Assembly (NCBI GenBank): GCA_044222185.1 | Contig: JBGANV010000002.1 | Location: forward strand, 480,001 to 544,000 | DNA from: Planctomycetota bacterium | Lineage (GTDB): Bacteria > Planctomycetota > GCA-002687715 > CAIWVZ01 | Length of the DNA: 64,000 nucleotides | Reading direction: 5' to 3' | Part shown: positions 39,584 to 49,332 of the stretch, one piece after another | How the letters are laid out: each line of letters starts with the position of its first letter | Position numbering within the stretch: the stretch's first letter is position 1 | Made by a program: the position numbers and the translations under genes | Notes under the pieces: model-generated | The model's database searches: none | Seen by the model: the letters and a program-made list of their open reading frames with translations, nothing else | Told to the model about the DNA's origin: nothing

Positions 39584-39877
39584 ATGGTCGAACCCCCGCC
39601 CGGATGGAAGCCCCACGCGCCGGACACCTCCTACGAGGCCGAGCTCGTTCTCTTCGATCTCTATCGGCGCATGACACACGCCCGCAAGCTCGAGATCGTC
39701 GGTGAGCTCATCGCCATGGCCGATGCCCTCGCCACCAGCGACGAGCGCCGCCACCATCCCGACGCTGACGACGAAGAGATCCGCCTGCGGGTTCTCGCTC
39801 GCCGCTTCGATCGCCCCACCATGCTCGCCGTCTGGGATCCGAGCGCTCGTGGAGCGCCGATCGACCCGTCGCGATAG
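39584..39877 (+). CDS. Small hypothetical protein (97 aa)
   Basis: DTS.EAE...YRRMT.ARKL...R.HPDA..EEIRLR pattern, recalled from small proteins often found beside nucleotidyltransferase genes. Confidence 0.65.
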   Translation: MVEPPPGWKPHAPDTSYEAELVLFDLYRRMTHARKLEIVGELIAMADALATSDERRHHPDADDEEIRLRVLARRFDRPTMLAVWDPSARGAPIDPSR

Positions 39878-40205
39878 CGGCGGCGCGATCGGCCGGACCG
39901 CCGGACGACCGAAGCGAAGCGGAGGCGTCCGGGCCGGGTTGTGTCGATGCGCTGCGTGACATTCGAGGATCAAGCCGACACCAGTGATCTCGCACCAGCC
40001 CGGGCGCAACACCGGTTGGCCCGCGCGAGACGCTCGGCGATCCTGCCAGTCTCCGCCGAAACGGCGGAAGACTGGCGCTCCTTCGTGCGCATGCAGCTTC
40101 CCGTGCACCAACCCGAGGATCACAGCGCTCCCAACGACGACCGCCACGAGGATACGAATGACGAGTTCTCGGCGCATTGAATGGTGATTCATCCGCAACG
40201 TCGCC

Positions 40206-41504
40206 TCAGCGAATGGGCGAACTCGTGGACGAGGCGCGGGATTCGATCCATTCAGCCCACATCGAGGCGGTTCGTCGGTCGTCCACTCCGCGTGTCGTCG
40301 AGCTCGATACGTCGGGCCCACCTCCGAAGGCGCGGGTGAGCTCCGCATCGAGACTGTCCGACAGACCATCGGCTTGCTGGCTGATGTTGCGCAGGATCCG
40401 CGATGCGTGGGTCACGTCGCCGAGTCTAAGAAGGGCCCAAAGCACGGCGCGAAGATCGACCGCATCCTTTCCATCGATCGATCCCTGGAGGACGGTAATC
40501 GCGCGCCGATCACCCAGATCACCCAGACCGCTACACACCGCGCGGAAGTCACCGTCGCCCACCGGCGGCATGAAGTGCAGAAGCCACTCGTAGGAGTCCG
40601 CAAATCGGTGCATCCCCAGCGCGGCGATGGCGTCTTCCCGATAGTTGGGGTCCACCATGTACGTTCGAAGACGCTCGGAGCTTGGCGGTTCGAACGCGCC
40701 GTGAAGCTGGAGACGCGCCGTGGCGACCGCCGCGTCGGGAGTCCCCGGGTGCAGGTCGATGAGGCGGAGGTACCGGGATCTTGCTTCCGTCCATTGACCC
40801 ACGCGCTCGTGCAGAAACGGTCCGAGCCGGGCGCACAGGCGCGTGTCGTCTTCGGCCATGGGGAACCACGGGAGGTCGTGCGCGCTCTTGAACGCCGCGA
40901 GTGCTCCGGGCCAGTCGCCCATGGCCTGAAGCGTGGTGCACACCCTTCGCCTGAGTGCGTGTTTCTCGGCGGCGACACCGGATCCGCAGTCAGAAAACGG
41001 CTGCAGCGACGTCGCGAGGGAGAGGGCAGAGGTCAGGTCCCCCGACAGCGAGAGAATCGCGGCTCGAACGAGCGTGGGGTCTCCGGCCGGGTTCATCCAC
41101 CGGTGCACGAGGGACTCGGACCTGATCGACTTGTCCGCCACGTAGGCGTCGCTTGCCGCGAGGACCGTCCGTGCGTCCGCTTGAATGTCCGACCACTGCG
41201 GCAGCTCACGTGGACTGATGTCGAACTCCGCCTCGAAGCCATCGATGCGATCGGTCAGGTTCCACAATCGTCGAATCGCTTCGGCGCCGGCGAGGTGACC
41301 AACCTGCGCCACCAGTTCCTGCGCGACGTCGTGGAAGTCCTTCGCGATGGCTGCGAGCGCGGCCGGCGCTCCGGCGCGCATCGACGCTCGCAGCTCAGCC
41401 GCGTGTTGGCGCTCGCGGGCAGCGCGGAGTTCCAACACCGTCACCACGGCTGCCGAGGCAACCGCGATGCTGACGACGAGCCACCTGAGTCTGCCTCTGC
41501 GCAT
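40206..41504 (-). CDS. Membrane-anchored TPR/HEAT-repeat hypothetical protein
   Basis: N-terminal TM; TPR-like YLRLIDLHPGTP; HEAT-like LGDLGDRRAI. Confidence 0.65.
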   Translation of the reverse strand: MRRGRLRWLVVSIAVASAAVVTVLELRAARERQHAAELRASMRAGAPAALAAIAKDFHDVAQELVAQVGHLAGAEAIRRLWNLTDRIDGFEAEFDISPRELPQWSDIQADARTVLAASDAYVADKSIRSESLVHRWMNPAGDPTLVRAAILSLSGDLTSALSLATSLQPFSDCGSGVAAEKHALRRRVCTTLQAMGDWPGALAAFKSAHDLPWFPMAEDDTRLCARLGPFLHERVGQWTEARSRYLRLIDLHPGTPDAAVATARLQLHGAFEPPSSERLRTYMVDPNYREDAIAALGMHRFADSYEWLLHFMPPVGDGDFRAVCSGLGDLGDRRAITVLQGSIDGKDAVDLRAVLWALLRLGDVTHASRILRNISQQADGLSDSLDAELTRAFGGGPDVSSSTTRGVDDRRTASMWAEWIESRASSTSSPIR

Positions 41505-41640
41505 GACGCGACCGTGGGCCCATCCTATCCATGGGCGGGAGACGAAACGGGATGATGCGTTTTCGCCGACCGGGATTGGACGACCCTCTCTCGGCGTTCA
41601 TTCCGCCGTCGTCAGCCCATCACCGAGTACACTCGCCGCC

Positions 41641-41865
41641 GTGAACCTCCCGACGAACAGGCGCGTGCGGATCGCGCTCGCGGTCCTGATCGCCGCCGGG
41701 CTGCTCGGCCTCGGCTGGGGGTTGCTCGCGGATGCGAGTCGCCCTTCGCGCATCGGCGACGCTTCGGTTCCAGCGCCGCTCGACGCGGGCTTGCCTGCTG
41801 GAGCCGGCGCCATGGAGATCTTCGCCCGCATGTGGAAGGAAACGCCGCCCGTCGCCGCGAAATAG
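41641..41865 (+). CDS. Small membrane-anchored protein; internally deleted paralog of the next gene
   Basis: TACACT-N7-GTG start; TM ending LLAD; C-terminus AMEIFARMWKETPPV resembles AMEIFINAWCDTAPV of the next ORF. Confidence 0.55.
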   Translation: MNLPTNRRVRIALAVLIAAGLLGLGWGLLADASRPSRIGDASVPAPLDAGLPAGAGAMEIFARMWKETPPVAAK

Positions 41866-41915
41866 CGGGCGAACGAGAGCGTCGTAGTCACCGGATAGAC
41901 GGATACCGTTGAGCC

Positions 41916-43451
41916 GTGATCGATCCCCACAAGACACCCCGGACGGGCGAGCGACGTGGCAGGCCTCGCTGGCTCGCCGCTGGCGCCATCGTCCTCGTCG
42001 TGGCGGGGCTGGCGTGGCTTGCGTTCTGGTTGCTCGCCGACCAAAGCGGGGGGCCGTCCATGCGTTCGCTCGTCCAGGATCGGACGGCGGACGACGCCGC
42101 CCGCACGACCGAATCCGTTCAGCCCGAACCGACGTCGCGCCCCGAGACCCGAAAGACTCCGGACCCGCCCGAGCCTCCAAAGCCGGCGTCTCGCCCGGCA
42201 CGCATGATCGTCAACGCGAGTCCCGCCCCCGCGGCGCGTCGCGACGCACCGACGACCGCGGAGTCAGACGAGGTCTACCCTCCGTACTCCCCGATGCAGG
42301 GGAGCGGCGGATTGATCGTCACGCTCGCCAACCCGGGAGCGCACACCCGCGTGACCGTCCTCGCCGTTCCGACGTCGAGCAACTGGGAGCACTCCGAGCG
42401 CGGCGCTGCGCCCGACTGGCTGCATGACCACGTCATCAAGAGCGTGGGGAATCCCGGCGAGACCTTCATCCCCTGGTGCCGCCACAAGCAGGTGAACCTG
42501 ACCGTTCAGGTGGATGACGGACCCGTCGTCGCGGTCACCGGTGCGGGGGTCGCTGCGCCGGGCGCTGCGCTGGGCCGCGTGGAGGTGCGGCTCCCAGAGC
42601 CGACGGGGCGCGCGCTGACGGGCACGGTCCGGCGTGCCGATGCCTCGTCGCCAGCGGGACTCGTCGTTCGCCTCACTCCAGGCGGCGCCAAGCGCTCGCA
42701 GGGCAAGAAAGCCGCGCCGCAGATCGAGCTGCCGCCTGCCTATGAACGGCGACTGCTCATCGGCGAGGACGGGGCGTTCCGATTCGACGATCTTCCCGCC
42801 GAGTTCCGCGGCATGACGCTGAACGTGCTCGAAGGATTCACCCCGGTCGCGCTGACGACCGTGCCGAGAATCGCCGAGAAGACCTTCCCAGTCCCCGAGA
42901 TCGTCGTCGAGCCGCAGGACGAGATTCGCGTTGCCGTGACGTTCCGGGGTCGGGCGGTGCCCGGCGTCGTCGCGGCGGTGGACTGCGGGAAGGACCTCGT
43001 GCGCGAGGTTCTCACCGGCCCCGATGGCACGGCTCGCGTCTCCATTCCACGGAGCACCCGCGGCGTCGGGTTGTCGCTCGTCGGGCTGCGCGAGCTTTAC
43101 TGGCGGGGGTTCGGCGGGGCCATGCTGCAGGGTCGCGGGCGACACCTCATGGGCTTCCTCCTCTCCGCGTGGGAACTCGCATTGACGAGGTCGCGATCGG
43201 TGCACGTCTCCGACCGCGCTCGCGGTCTGCAGCCGCTCGAAGTGGAGTCCGGACTCGAGAGCCTGCTCGCCGATCAGAGCGTCATCACGCCGATCCGCAA
43301 TCGGCTGACGGCGCTGGGCCTGGGCGCCAAGGCTCACGAGTTCGACTACCCCGCGGGCTTGATCGACGCCCTCGCCAAGGACGACATCGAAGTGGCGATG
43401 GAGATCTTCATCAACGCGTGGTGTGACACGGCACCCGTGAAGATGGAGTGA
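41916..43451 (+). CDS. Membrane-anchored protein with carboxypeptidase-regulatory-like (transthyretin/Cna-B-like) beta domains
   Basis: TM, Pro-rich linker, LTGTVRRAD, EDGAFRFDDLP, TGPDGTARV. Confidence 0.7.
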   Translation: MIDPHKTPRTGERRGRPRWLAAGAIVLVVAGLAWLAFWLLADQSGGPSMRSLVQDRTADDAARTTESVQPEPTSRPETRKTPDPPEPPKPASRPARMIVNASPAPAARRDAPTTAESDEVYPPYSPMQGSGGLIVTLANPGAHTRVTVLAVPTSSNWEHSERGAAPDWLHDHVIKSVGNPGETFIPWCRHKQVNLTVQVDDGPVVAVTGAGVAAPGAALGRVEVRLPEPTGRALTGTVRRADASSPAGLVVRLTPGGAKRSQGKKAAPQIELPPAYERRLLIGEDGAFRFDDLPAEFRGMTLNVLEGFTPVALTTVPRIAEKTFPVPEIVVEPQDEIRVAVTFRGRAVPGVVAAVDCGKDLVREVLTGPDGTARVSIPRSTRGVGLSLVGLRELYWRGFGGAMLQGRGRHLMGFLLSAWELALTRSRSVHVSDRARGLQPLEVESGLESLLADQSVITPIRNRLTALGLGAKAHEFDYPAGLIDALAKDDIEVAMEIFINAWCDTAPVKME

Positions 43452-43467
43452 GGGCGCCGGTCGTCCC

Positions 43468-44394
43468 TCAAAAGAACACGGCCCACAGGATCGCGGCGAA
43501 GAGGGCGTACTTCACCACGTAATAAATCGGCCGGTTCGCCGACTTCAGGCGCTTGCCCACGCGTCGCACCGCATAGGCGTACTTGTAGATCCGGTTGAGG
43601 AATCCGACCTTCTCGCCCGTCACGTTCTTCGTGCCCGCGTGGCGCATGACGTGCTTGCAGATGAATCGGTTCAGGCCACGCATGATCGGCGTCTTCAGCG
43701 GCCGCTCGACGTCGCAGAAGAGGATGATCCGCGAGACATCCGTGTCGTTGCGCGCCTCGTGGAGGTAGGTCTCGTCGAACATCACGTCCTGGCCGTCGCG
43801 CCAGGAGTAGGTCTCGCCGTCCACGATGATGCGGCAGGCGTCCGAGTTCGGAGTGACGATGCCGAGGTGGTAGCGGAGCGAGCCGGCGAACGGATCCCGG
43901 TGGCGGCCCAGTTTGCTCTTCGGTGCCAGGACCGTGAACATCGCCGCGTTGATGCCGGGGAGGTTCTTCACCAGCTCCACCGTGCGCGGGCACAGCGACA
44001 CGGCCGACGGAAGAGGCTCGTCGTACCACTTGAGGTAGAAGCGCTTCCAACCCGTCTTGAAGAACGAGTTGAACGCCAGGTCGTCATATTCGTCCGAGCG
44101 GCGGATCTGGCCTGAGTTGAAGAGCGCCTGCGCCTCCTCGCGGATCACCTGCCAGTTCTCGCGCAGCGTCGCGAGCTGCGGAAAGAGCTTCACGTCCAGG
44201 TACGGCGTGCTCGGGACGGCCGAGAACAGGTACGCGAGGGCGTTGTACGGCGCCGTCACCGTCGAGTGATCCGTGAGCTGCCGCAGGAACTTGTGCCGCG
44301 TCCGTCCGCGCAGGTGGATGTAGACGCCCGACGCGACGAACGCGTAGAGCGCAATCAGTCCCGGGCTGAACAATCTGGCGAGCGCTGCCGGCAT
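43468..44394 (-). CDS. lpxO: Lipid A hydroxylase LpxO (Asp/Asn beta-hydroxylase family)
   Basis: RQLTDHST..APYN, FNSFFKTGWKRFYLKWY, HRDPFAGSLRYHLG, FDETYLH, LFCDVERP; TM at both ends. Confidence 0.9.
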   Translation of the reverse strand: MPAALARLFSPGLIALYAFVASGVYIHLRGRTRHKFLRQLTDHSTVTAPYNALAYLFSAVPSTPYLDVKLFPQLATLRENWQVIREEAQALFNSGQIRRSDEYDDLAFNSFFKTGWKRFYLKWYDEPLPSAVSLCPRTVELVKNLPGINAAMFTVLAPKSKLGRHRDPFAGSLRYHLGIVTPNSDACRIIVDGETYSWRDGQDVMFDETYLHEARNDTDVSRIILFCDVERPLKTPIMRGLNRFICKHVMRHAGTKNVTGEKVGFLNRIYKYAYAVRRVGKRLKSANRPIYYVVKYALFAAILWAVFF

Positions 44395-44479
44395 GACCCC
44401 GATCTCGCCCATCCCTGGGCTCTGAGACGCGGGCATTGTTGAACGCAGCAAGGCGTCCGGCAAGCGGCACTTTCGCCGG

Positions 44480-45094
44480 CTACCGACCGCGTACGACCTG
44501 AAGCCGCGTGGGCTCGGTCACCGAGGCCACGACCCAGATGAGGACGCCCAGGGCGAGCAAACCCGTCACGAGCTTGCGGCGTCCCGGTCGGGCGAGGGCC
44601 GCGGCCGCGACGAACGGGCCGAAGAGGATCGCCTCCCACGCAAGGAGCTCGGCGCCGGCGCGCGTGAGCATCGCGCGAGCGGACAGCGGAGCCACGGGGA
44701 TGGGCGTCCATGGCATGAAGTAGCGATCGTTCACGAACGGCGAGAAGAATGCGATCCCCATGCCGCCGTTGGTGAGAGCGTCGAGGATGCCGTGGGATGC
44801 GACAGCGACGAAGATCAGCGCGAAGGTGCTGCGGGGGTTGACCGTCCGGGCGGTGCGGCGCACGAGGCCCCAGGATGCGAGGCCCGAGACCGCGGCCGCG
44901 AAAGCCAGCCCGTGCGTCAGACCACGATGGCCGCAAACCGCGCCGTAGTCGACCCAGCGCAGGAAGAGCGCATCCGCGTCAGGCAGCATGGCGAGCGCGG
45001 CGGCCGTCCACCGGAGAGTGCCGTCGTCGCGCGCGCGGGGCCACGCGCGGGCGATCGACCATCCGACGGCGGCGTGAGCGAAGATCGTAGGCAT
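44480..45094 (-). CDS. Inner-membrane metal-dependent hydrolase (YdjM/YbcI-like)
   Basis: MPTIFAH, LPDAD, GHRGLTH, SHGILDALTNGG.G. Confidence 0.88.
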   Translation of the reverse strand: MPTIFAHAAVGWSIARAWPRARDDGTLRWTAAALAMLPDADALFLRWVDYGAVCGHRGLTHGLAFAAAVSGLASWGLVRRTARTVNPRSTFALIFVAVASHGILDALTNGGMGIAFFSPFVNDRYFMPWTPIPVAPLSARAMLTRAGAELLAWEAILFGPFVAAAALARPGRRKLVTGLLALGVLIWVVASVTEPTRLQVVRGR

Positions 45095-45187
45095 GCGAGG
45101 TCAGCATCCTACGACGATGAAACGACCGGCGTTCTTCCCGAGGCGCCGGATCGGCCGGCGCCCGGGAGGAACGCGTCCGTGCATGCG

Positions 45188-48100
45188 TCAGGTGTCGAAC
45201 TCGAGGACGTTCGTCATGGTGATGAACGGCTCGAACAGGTTCCCCGTGTTCGGCTGGAGGAAGAAGATGCCGTCCGTGTCGATGCCCGGCGGGAGGGTGC
45301 CCGGAGGGAAGTCGAGGCGGGCCGAGCCCATGGTGTCCAGGACGCCGAAGAGTCCGGGGGTCGTGATGGTGAAGTACCAGTTGTTGATGGCGTCGAGACC
45401 GAGCCCGAAGACCGGGCCCGTGCCCTGGGCGTGGCCCAGCGAGAACGCGTAGGTCCACTTCTCGCCGGCATGGTCGACTCCCGCGTTGAGGATGATCGTC
45501 ATGCCACCCGGAACGGCCGTTTCGTGCAACCGCGCGTCGATTCCCTGCACGGTGGTCGGCGTGAAGGACACGAGGTTGACCGTGCCCATGGTGCGCGTGC
45601 CTTCAGCGCGGAAATCGTCGCCGGTGTTGTGATCGACCGACGTCGTGTTGCGGCCGATCGCTCCCGACGCGAGCGTCGAGCGGACCGCCGCTCCCGTGAA
45701 CGCCGTCCAGTGCGCCGGGGCACGTGGGGCGTTGTGCGGGATCGGGTGCGAGGCGCCCGTCGAGCGGACGAGATCCACGCAGCGACCGTAGCTGTCATAC
45801 AGTCCGCACGAGAACTCCTCGCCGATGAACGGGAGGTTGAAGCCGAGCGCGGCCACGTTCACGTAGTTGGACGTCGTCGACATCTCCGGCGGCAGCGTCG
45901 CGGAGTCACCGAGAACCACGTAGCTGTTCGACGGGATCGTCCGGATCGCCGGGAACGGCGCGACCTTCGTCTGCGCGATGCCCTGGGCCTGGCTCATGAG
46001 CAGGTACCAGCCCTGGAGATTGGTGGGGAAGAGGCTGACCAGGCTGCTCGGCCGGTAGAGCTCGATGTAATCCGGGTTGTCGTCGATCTCGTTGATGCGA
46101 ACGCTGCTCATCCCGATTGGATCCGATCCGCGCAGACCTGATCCCACGTTCTCCAGGCCGAGGCTGCGTGGACGTCCCGTCGTCCAATCGCCGCCGCTGT
46201 TCGAATCCAGTCCCCAGATGCGTTCGGCGTTCACCTCACCAGCGTTGGTGAGCTCGTTGTAGACGATGCCGCGGAACTTGCCGCCGAGGCTGCCCTCGGC
46301 GTAGGCGCCGGCTGCGCTTTCCAGGTGAACCTCGTCGATGACGATTCCGTTGTTGTTGACGAGCGCCACCGCCACGTCTCCCGTCGTCGAGCCGATGCTC
46401 GGCAAGAGCGAAAGCACCTGTGCGTTCGCGGGAGTCTCGGTGAGGGTCCCGCCCGGCTCCTTGACGACGATGATCTCACCCGGCGCGATGGCGACATTCA
46501 GCGGCGCAGACGTCTGCGTCGTCCCGTCCTTCCACACGACGGTCCAGCTGCTCAGCGACACGGTCGCCGACGTGAAGTTCGTGATCTCCACGCCGTCGGG
46601 ATTTCCCGTCGAGACCTCGGTGATCATGACCTTCTGGTGCTCCGGCGGCACCGGCGGGTGAACGACGTAGAAGGTCCCGGCGTCGACGCACGCGATGTCG
46701 CTGCCCGGGGCGCCGACGACGACGTCGATTCGGGCGTCGCCATCCGCGTCGCCATCACCTGCGACGGCCCAGCCGAGCTGCTCGTCCGCCGAGTTGGCGG
46801 CGTACTTGTAGAGGACGCTGCCGGTCTTGCCGGAGCGGATCTCGAAGGTCCCTGGCCCGACCGCGGCGAATGGGAGCGTGACCTGCGGAGCGCCGACCAG
46901 GATGTCGTTCGACCCGTCGTCGTCCACGTCACCTGCGCTGGCGACGGCGAGGCCGTATCGGTCGCCGACCGTCGTCCCGGTCCACGTGTAGCGCGTGCCG
47001 TAGCTCGACAGGAATGACGAGTGGTTGAACACGCGGACGTAGCCCGTCCCGTTGCCGACGCCGCTGAAGAAGTTGGGGATCTCGGGCGCGCCGACGACGA
47101 TGACTCCGGATGGCCCGGTGGTGCTCGTGTCCTTCGTCAGCGCGACGGAATACCCGAAGTTGTCGTAGGGTCCGTCCCCATCCTTGCTGACGATGTTCGA
47201 TCCCGTCGCGCCACTGTAGATGTACGCCCGGCCTGCGCTGAAGTCGCCGGCGGGATTGGCACGGTGCGGAGCGCCGACGATGTAGTCGGGCACGCCGTCG
47301 CCTGTGACGTCGACACCGCCGCCGACGGACCAGCCGAACGAATCGCTCGCCGTCACGCCGTTGTGCGCGCGCATGAGGCCGCCGTTCGACGACCAGACCT
47401 CCGCGCGTCCGGCCAGGTTGTTGTAGCTCGGCGCGCCGACGATGAAGTCGCGGTCGCCGTCGCCGTCGATGTCGCCGATCCCAGCGACGGACGTGCCGAA
47501 CCGCGCTCCCGCCGTCCCGTGGTTCACCGTGGCGAGGATCGCGCCCGTCGCTCCGTTGAAGATCACGAACCGGCCGGCGTCGTTGTTGTATCCCGGCGCG
47601 CCTGCGAGGACCTCCTCCTTGCCGTCACCCGTGATGTCACCGATCGAGCAGACGGAGTAGCCGAGCTCGGAGGACAACGCCCCCGTGGCCGACCAGACGA
47701 GTGCGCCGAGGTACCCCGAGTAGCAGCGGACGCTGCCGTTGTTGTTGCTCGACAGGGTGGCAGGTGAGCCGACGACGAAATCGTCCTTGCCGTCACCCGT
47801 CACGTCACCGATCCACGCCACCGACGTGCCGACGCGGTTGAACTGCGACGCGCACGGGGCCGGGAGCACGTTGAAGTTCACACTGGTCGTGGACGCTCCA
47901 CCGGCTTCGCTCGAGTTCAGGATCGTGATGGGGTAGTTGCCCGGTGTCATGAGCAGACTGCCCGGCACGATCGCGGTCGCCGTGTAGCGATCGATGACGG
48001 TCGTCTCGAGGATCGTTCCGTTGAACCGCACGCGCGTCCCGAGGATGCCGCCGCCGTCCAGCGACCCTTCGTGGTACCAGCTCCCGCCGACCGTGATCGT

Positions 48101-48949
48101 CAGCTGGCTCTGCGTGGTTGCTTCCACCGCGTTCGGCGTCACGTAGGTGATCGTCGGCGTGCTCGGCTGGCCATAGCGGTACTGAAGGCCGTTGGTGTCA
48201 CCCGACGTCATGTGCGAACGGTTGCCCATCAGGCCCTGCGACGATGCGAATGCCGGCTTGGCCTGGATCGTCGTCGCACCGTTGATGCCGAACGCCGTCG
48301 AGCTGTAGTGCATGATCGATTCGAAGTCGTAGGGCCCGACCGTCGTCGCGCCGTTCGAGATGTCGAAGTTGCCGTCACAGCTCCCGCCGTTGCAGGCCGA
48401 TTGGGAGATGTTGTTGTAGTTGATCGTGACGAAGAGGTCGCGATCGGGCCGTGACTGCTCGTGCTTGTATCCCAGGGCGTGGAACAGCTCGTGCACGATG
48501 ACGAACTTGTTGTCCCAGTGGTTCGCGCCCACGGCCAGCTCCTGCTGCCCGCCCTGCATGCCGACTTCGGAGTGGCTGACGTTCGGGTACCCCGTGTTGG
48601 GGACGACGAGGATGAAATCGCCCGAGTAGCTGGGCGTCACTTCGAGGAAGTCGATGTTGGCCGTGCACTCGATCTCGGTCCAATACTTCCGGAACAGCGC
48701 GCGGCGCGTGGCGGAAATGGATGAATCGAATGCGACGTGCACGTTCCCGTTGGGCCAGATGGCGCCGTTGTAGGTGCTGTCGCCGAAGACGGCAGAGGCC
48801 GGCAGCCACATGTCGTCCACGAGGACCATGCCGGGGCGCGGCGGGGTCGGTGGCGGTGGGGTCTCCTGCGCACGGGCCGCGAGAGACAGCGTGACGAGCG
48901 AAAGGCACGTCACTGCGACGAAACGTCCGTGAGAAGTGAATCGAGTCAT
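45188..48949 (-). CDS. Secreted astacin (M12A) metalloprotease + IPT + integrin-alpha FG-GAP propeller + two lamin-tail-like domains + shared C-terminal module (1253 aa)
   Basis: HELFHALGYKHEQSRPDRD, Met-turn YDFESIMHY; FG.SV..GD..GDG..D..VGAP repeats; ITEV/INEI...ELxN..GW motifs. Confidence 0.9.
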   Translation of the reverse strand: MTRFTSHGRFVAVTCLSLVTLSLAARAQETPPPPTPPRPGMVLVDDMWLPASAVFGDSTYNGAIWPNGNVHVAFDSSISATRRALFRKYWTEIECTANIDFLEVTPSYSGDFILVVPNTGYPNVSHSEVGMQGGQQELAVGANHWDNKFVIVHELFHALGYKHEQSRPDRDLFVTINYNNISQSACNGGSCDGNFDISNGATTVGPYDFESIMHYSSTAFGINGATTIQAKPAFASSQGLMGNRSHMTSGDTNGLQYRYGQPSTPTITYVTPNAVEATTQSQLTITVGGSWYHEGSLDGGGILGTRVRFNGTILETTVIDRYTATAIVPGSLLMTPGNYPITILNSSEAGGASTTSVNFNVLPAPCASQFNRVGTSVAWIGDVTGDGKDDFVVGSPATLSSNNNGSVRCYSGYLGALVWSATGALSSELGYSVCSIGDITGDGKEEVLAGAPGYNNDAGRFVIFNGATGAILATVNHGTAGARFGTSVAGIGDIDGDGDRDFIVGAPSYNNLAGRAEVWSSNGGLMRAHNGVTASDSFGWSVGGGVDVTGDGVPDYIVGAPHRANPAGDFSAGRAYIYSGATGSNIVSKDGDGPYDNFGYSVALTKDTSTTGPSGVIVVGAPEIPNFFSGVGNGTGYVRVFNHSSFLSSYGTRYTWTGTTVGDRYGLAVASAGDVDDDGSNDILVGAPQVTLPFAAVGPGTFEIRSGKTGSVLYKYAANSADEQLGWAVAGDGDADGDARIDVVVGAPGSDIACVDAGTFYVVHPPVPPEHQKVMITEVSTGNPDGVEITNFTSATVSLSSWTVVWKDGTTQTSAPLNVAIAPGEIIVVKEPGGTLTETPANAQVLSLLPSIGSTTGDVAVALVNNNGIVIDEVHLESAAGAYAEGSLGGKFRGIVYNELTNAGEVNAERIWGLDSNSGGDWTTGRPRSLGLENVGSGLRGSDPIGMSSVRINEIDDNPDYIELYRPSSLVSLFPTNLQGWYLLMSQAQGIAQTKVAPFPAIRTIPSNSYVVLGDSATLPPEMSTTSNYVNVAALGFNLPFIGEEFSCGLYDSYGRCVDLVRSTGASHPIPHNAPRAPAHWTAFTGAAVRSTLASGAIGRNTTSVDHNTGDDFRAEGTRTMGTVNLVSFTPTTVQGIDARLHETAVPGGMTIILNAGVDHAGEKWTYAFSLGHAQGTGPVFGLGLDAINNWYFTITTPGLFGVLDTMGSARLDFPPGTLPPGIDTDGIFFLQPNTGNLFEPFITMTNVLEFDT

Positions 48950-49332
48950 GGATAACTCTCCGATTGAGCGGGCGACGAGGCGAACACGGCAATCTCGTGA
49001 TCGCGACGGGGCGGCGGTCCGAATGGACGGACGGCGATCCGGTCGTTGAGCACTGGAGGTTGCCTCGGGGACCAGGTGCCTGACGATCGCACGCGAGGGA
49101 ACACCCCGGCGGATCCGGCGCAGGCGGCCCTGCGGAGACCGCACGGCTGCCTATTGCTCAAGCGTCGCAGTTGAGCTGAAAGTGACAACGGTCGGGCGAG
49201 TGCTTCCTCCAAACGTGTCGACATGGGTCGGAAAGCCGGAGAAACGAAACCGGGGCCGGCGTCTTCTGGCGACGACCGGCCCCAAAACCACGCGGACGGA
49301 AGGGCCGCGCGGCGGCCCGTCACGTAATCCCA

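Noticed and set aside
37685-39877. Possible azole RiPP cluster
   Set aside because: No YcaO, E1-like protein, transporter or Cys/Ser/Thr-rich precursor; nearby small ORFs look like membrane or TA-type proteins.
39452-40369. 375-aa minus-strand ORF, including a TM-like MRRELVIRILVAVVVG segment near 40180
   Set aside because: Only the last 69 codons have an RBS and a family motif; the rest overlaps the antisense 39584 gene. A gene remnant at 39900-40190 cannot be excluded.
45136-45167. GC hairpin after the astacin gene as an intrinsic terminator
   Set aside because: The stem is present but there is no U-tract on either strand.
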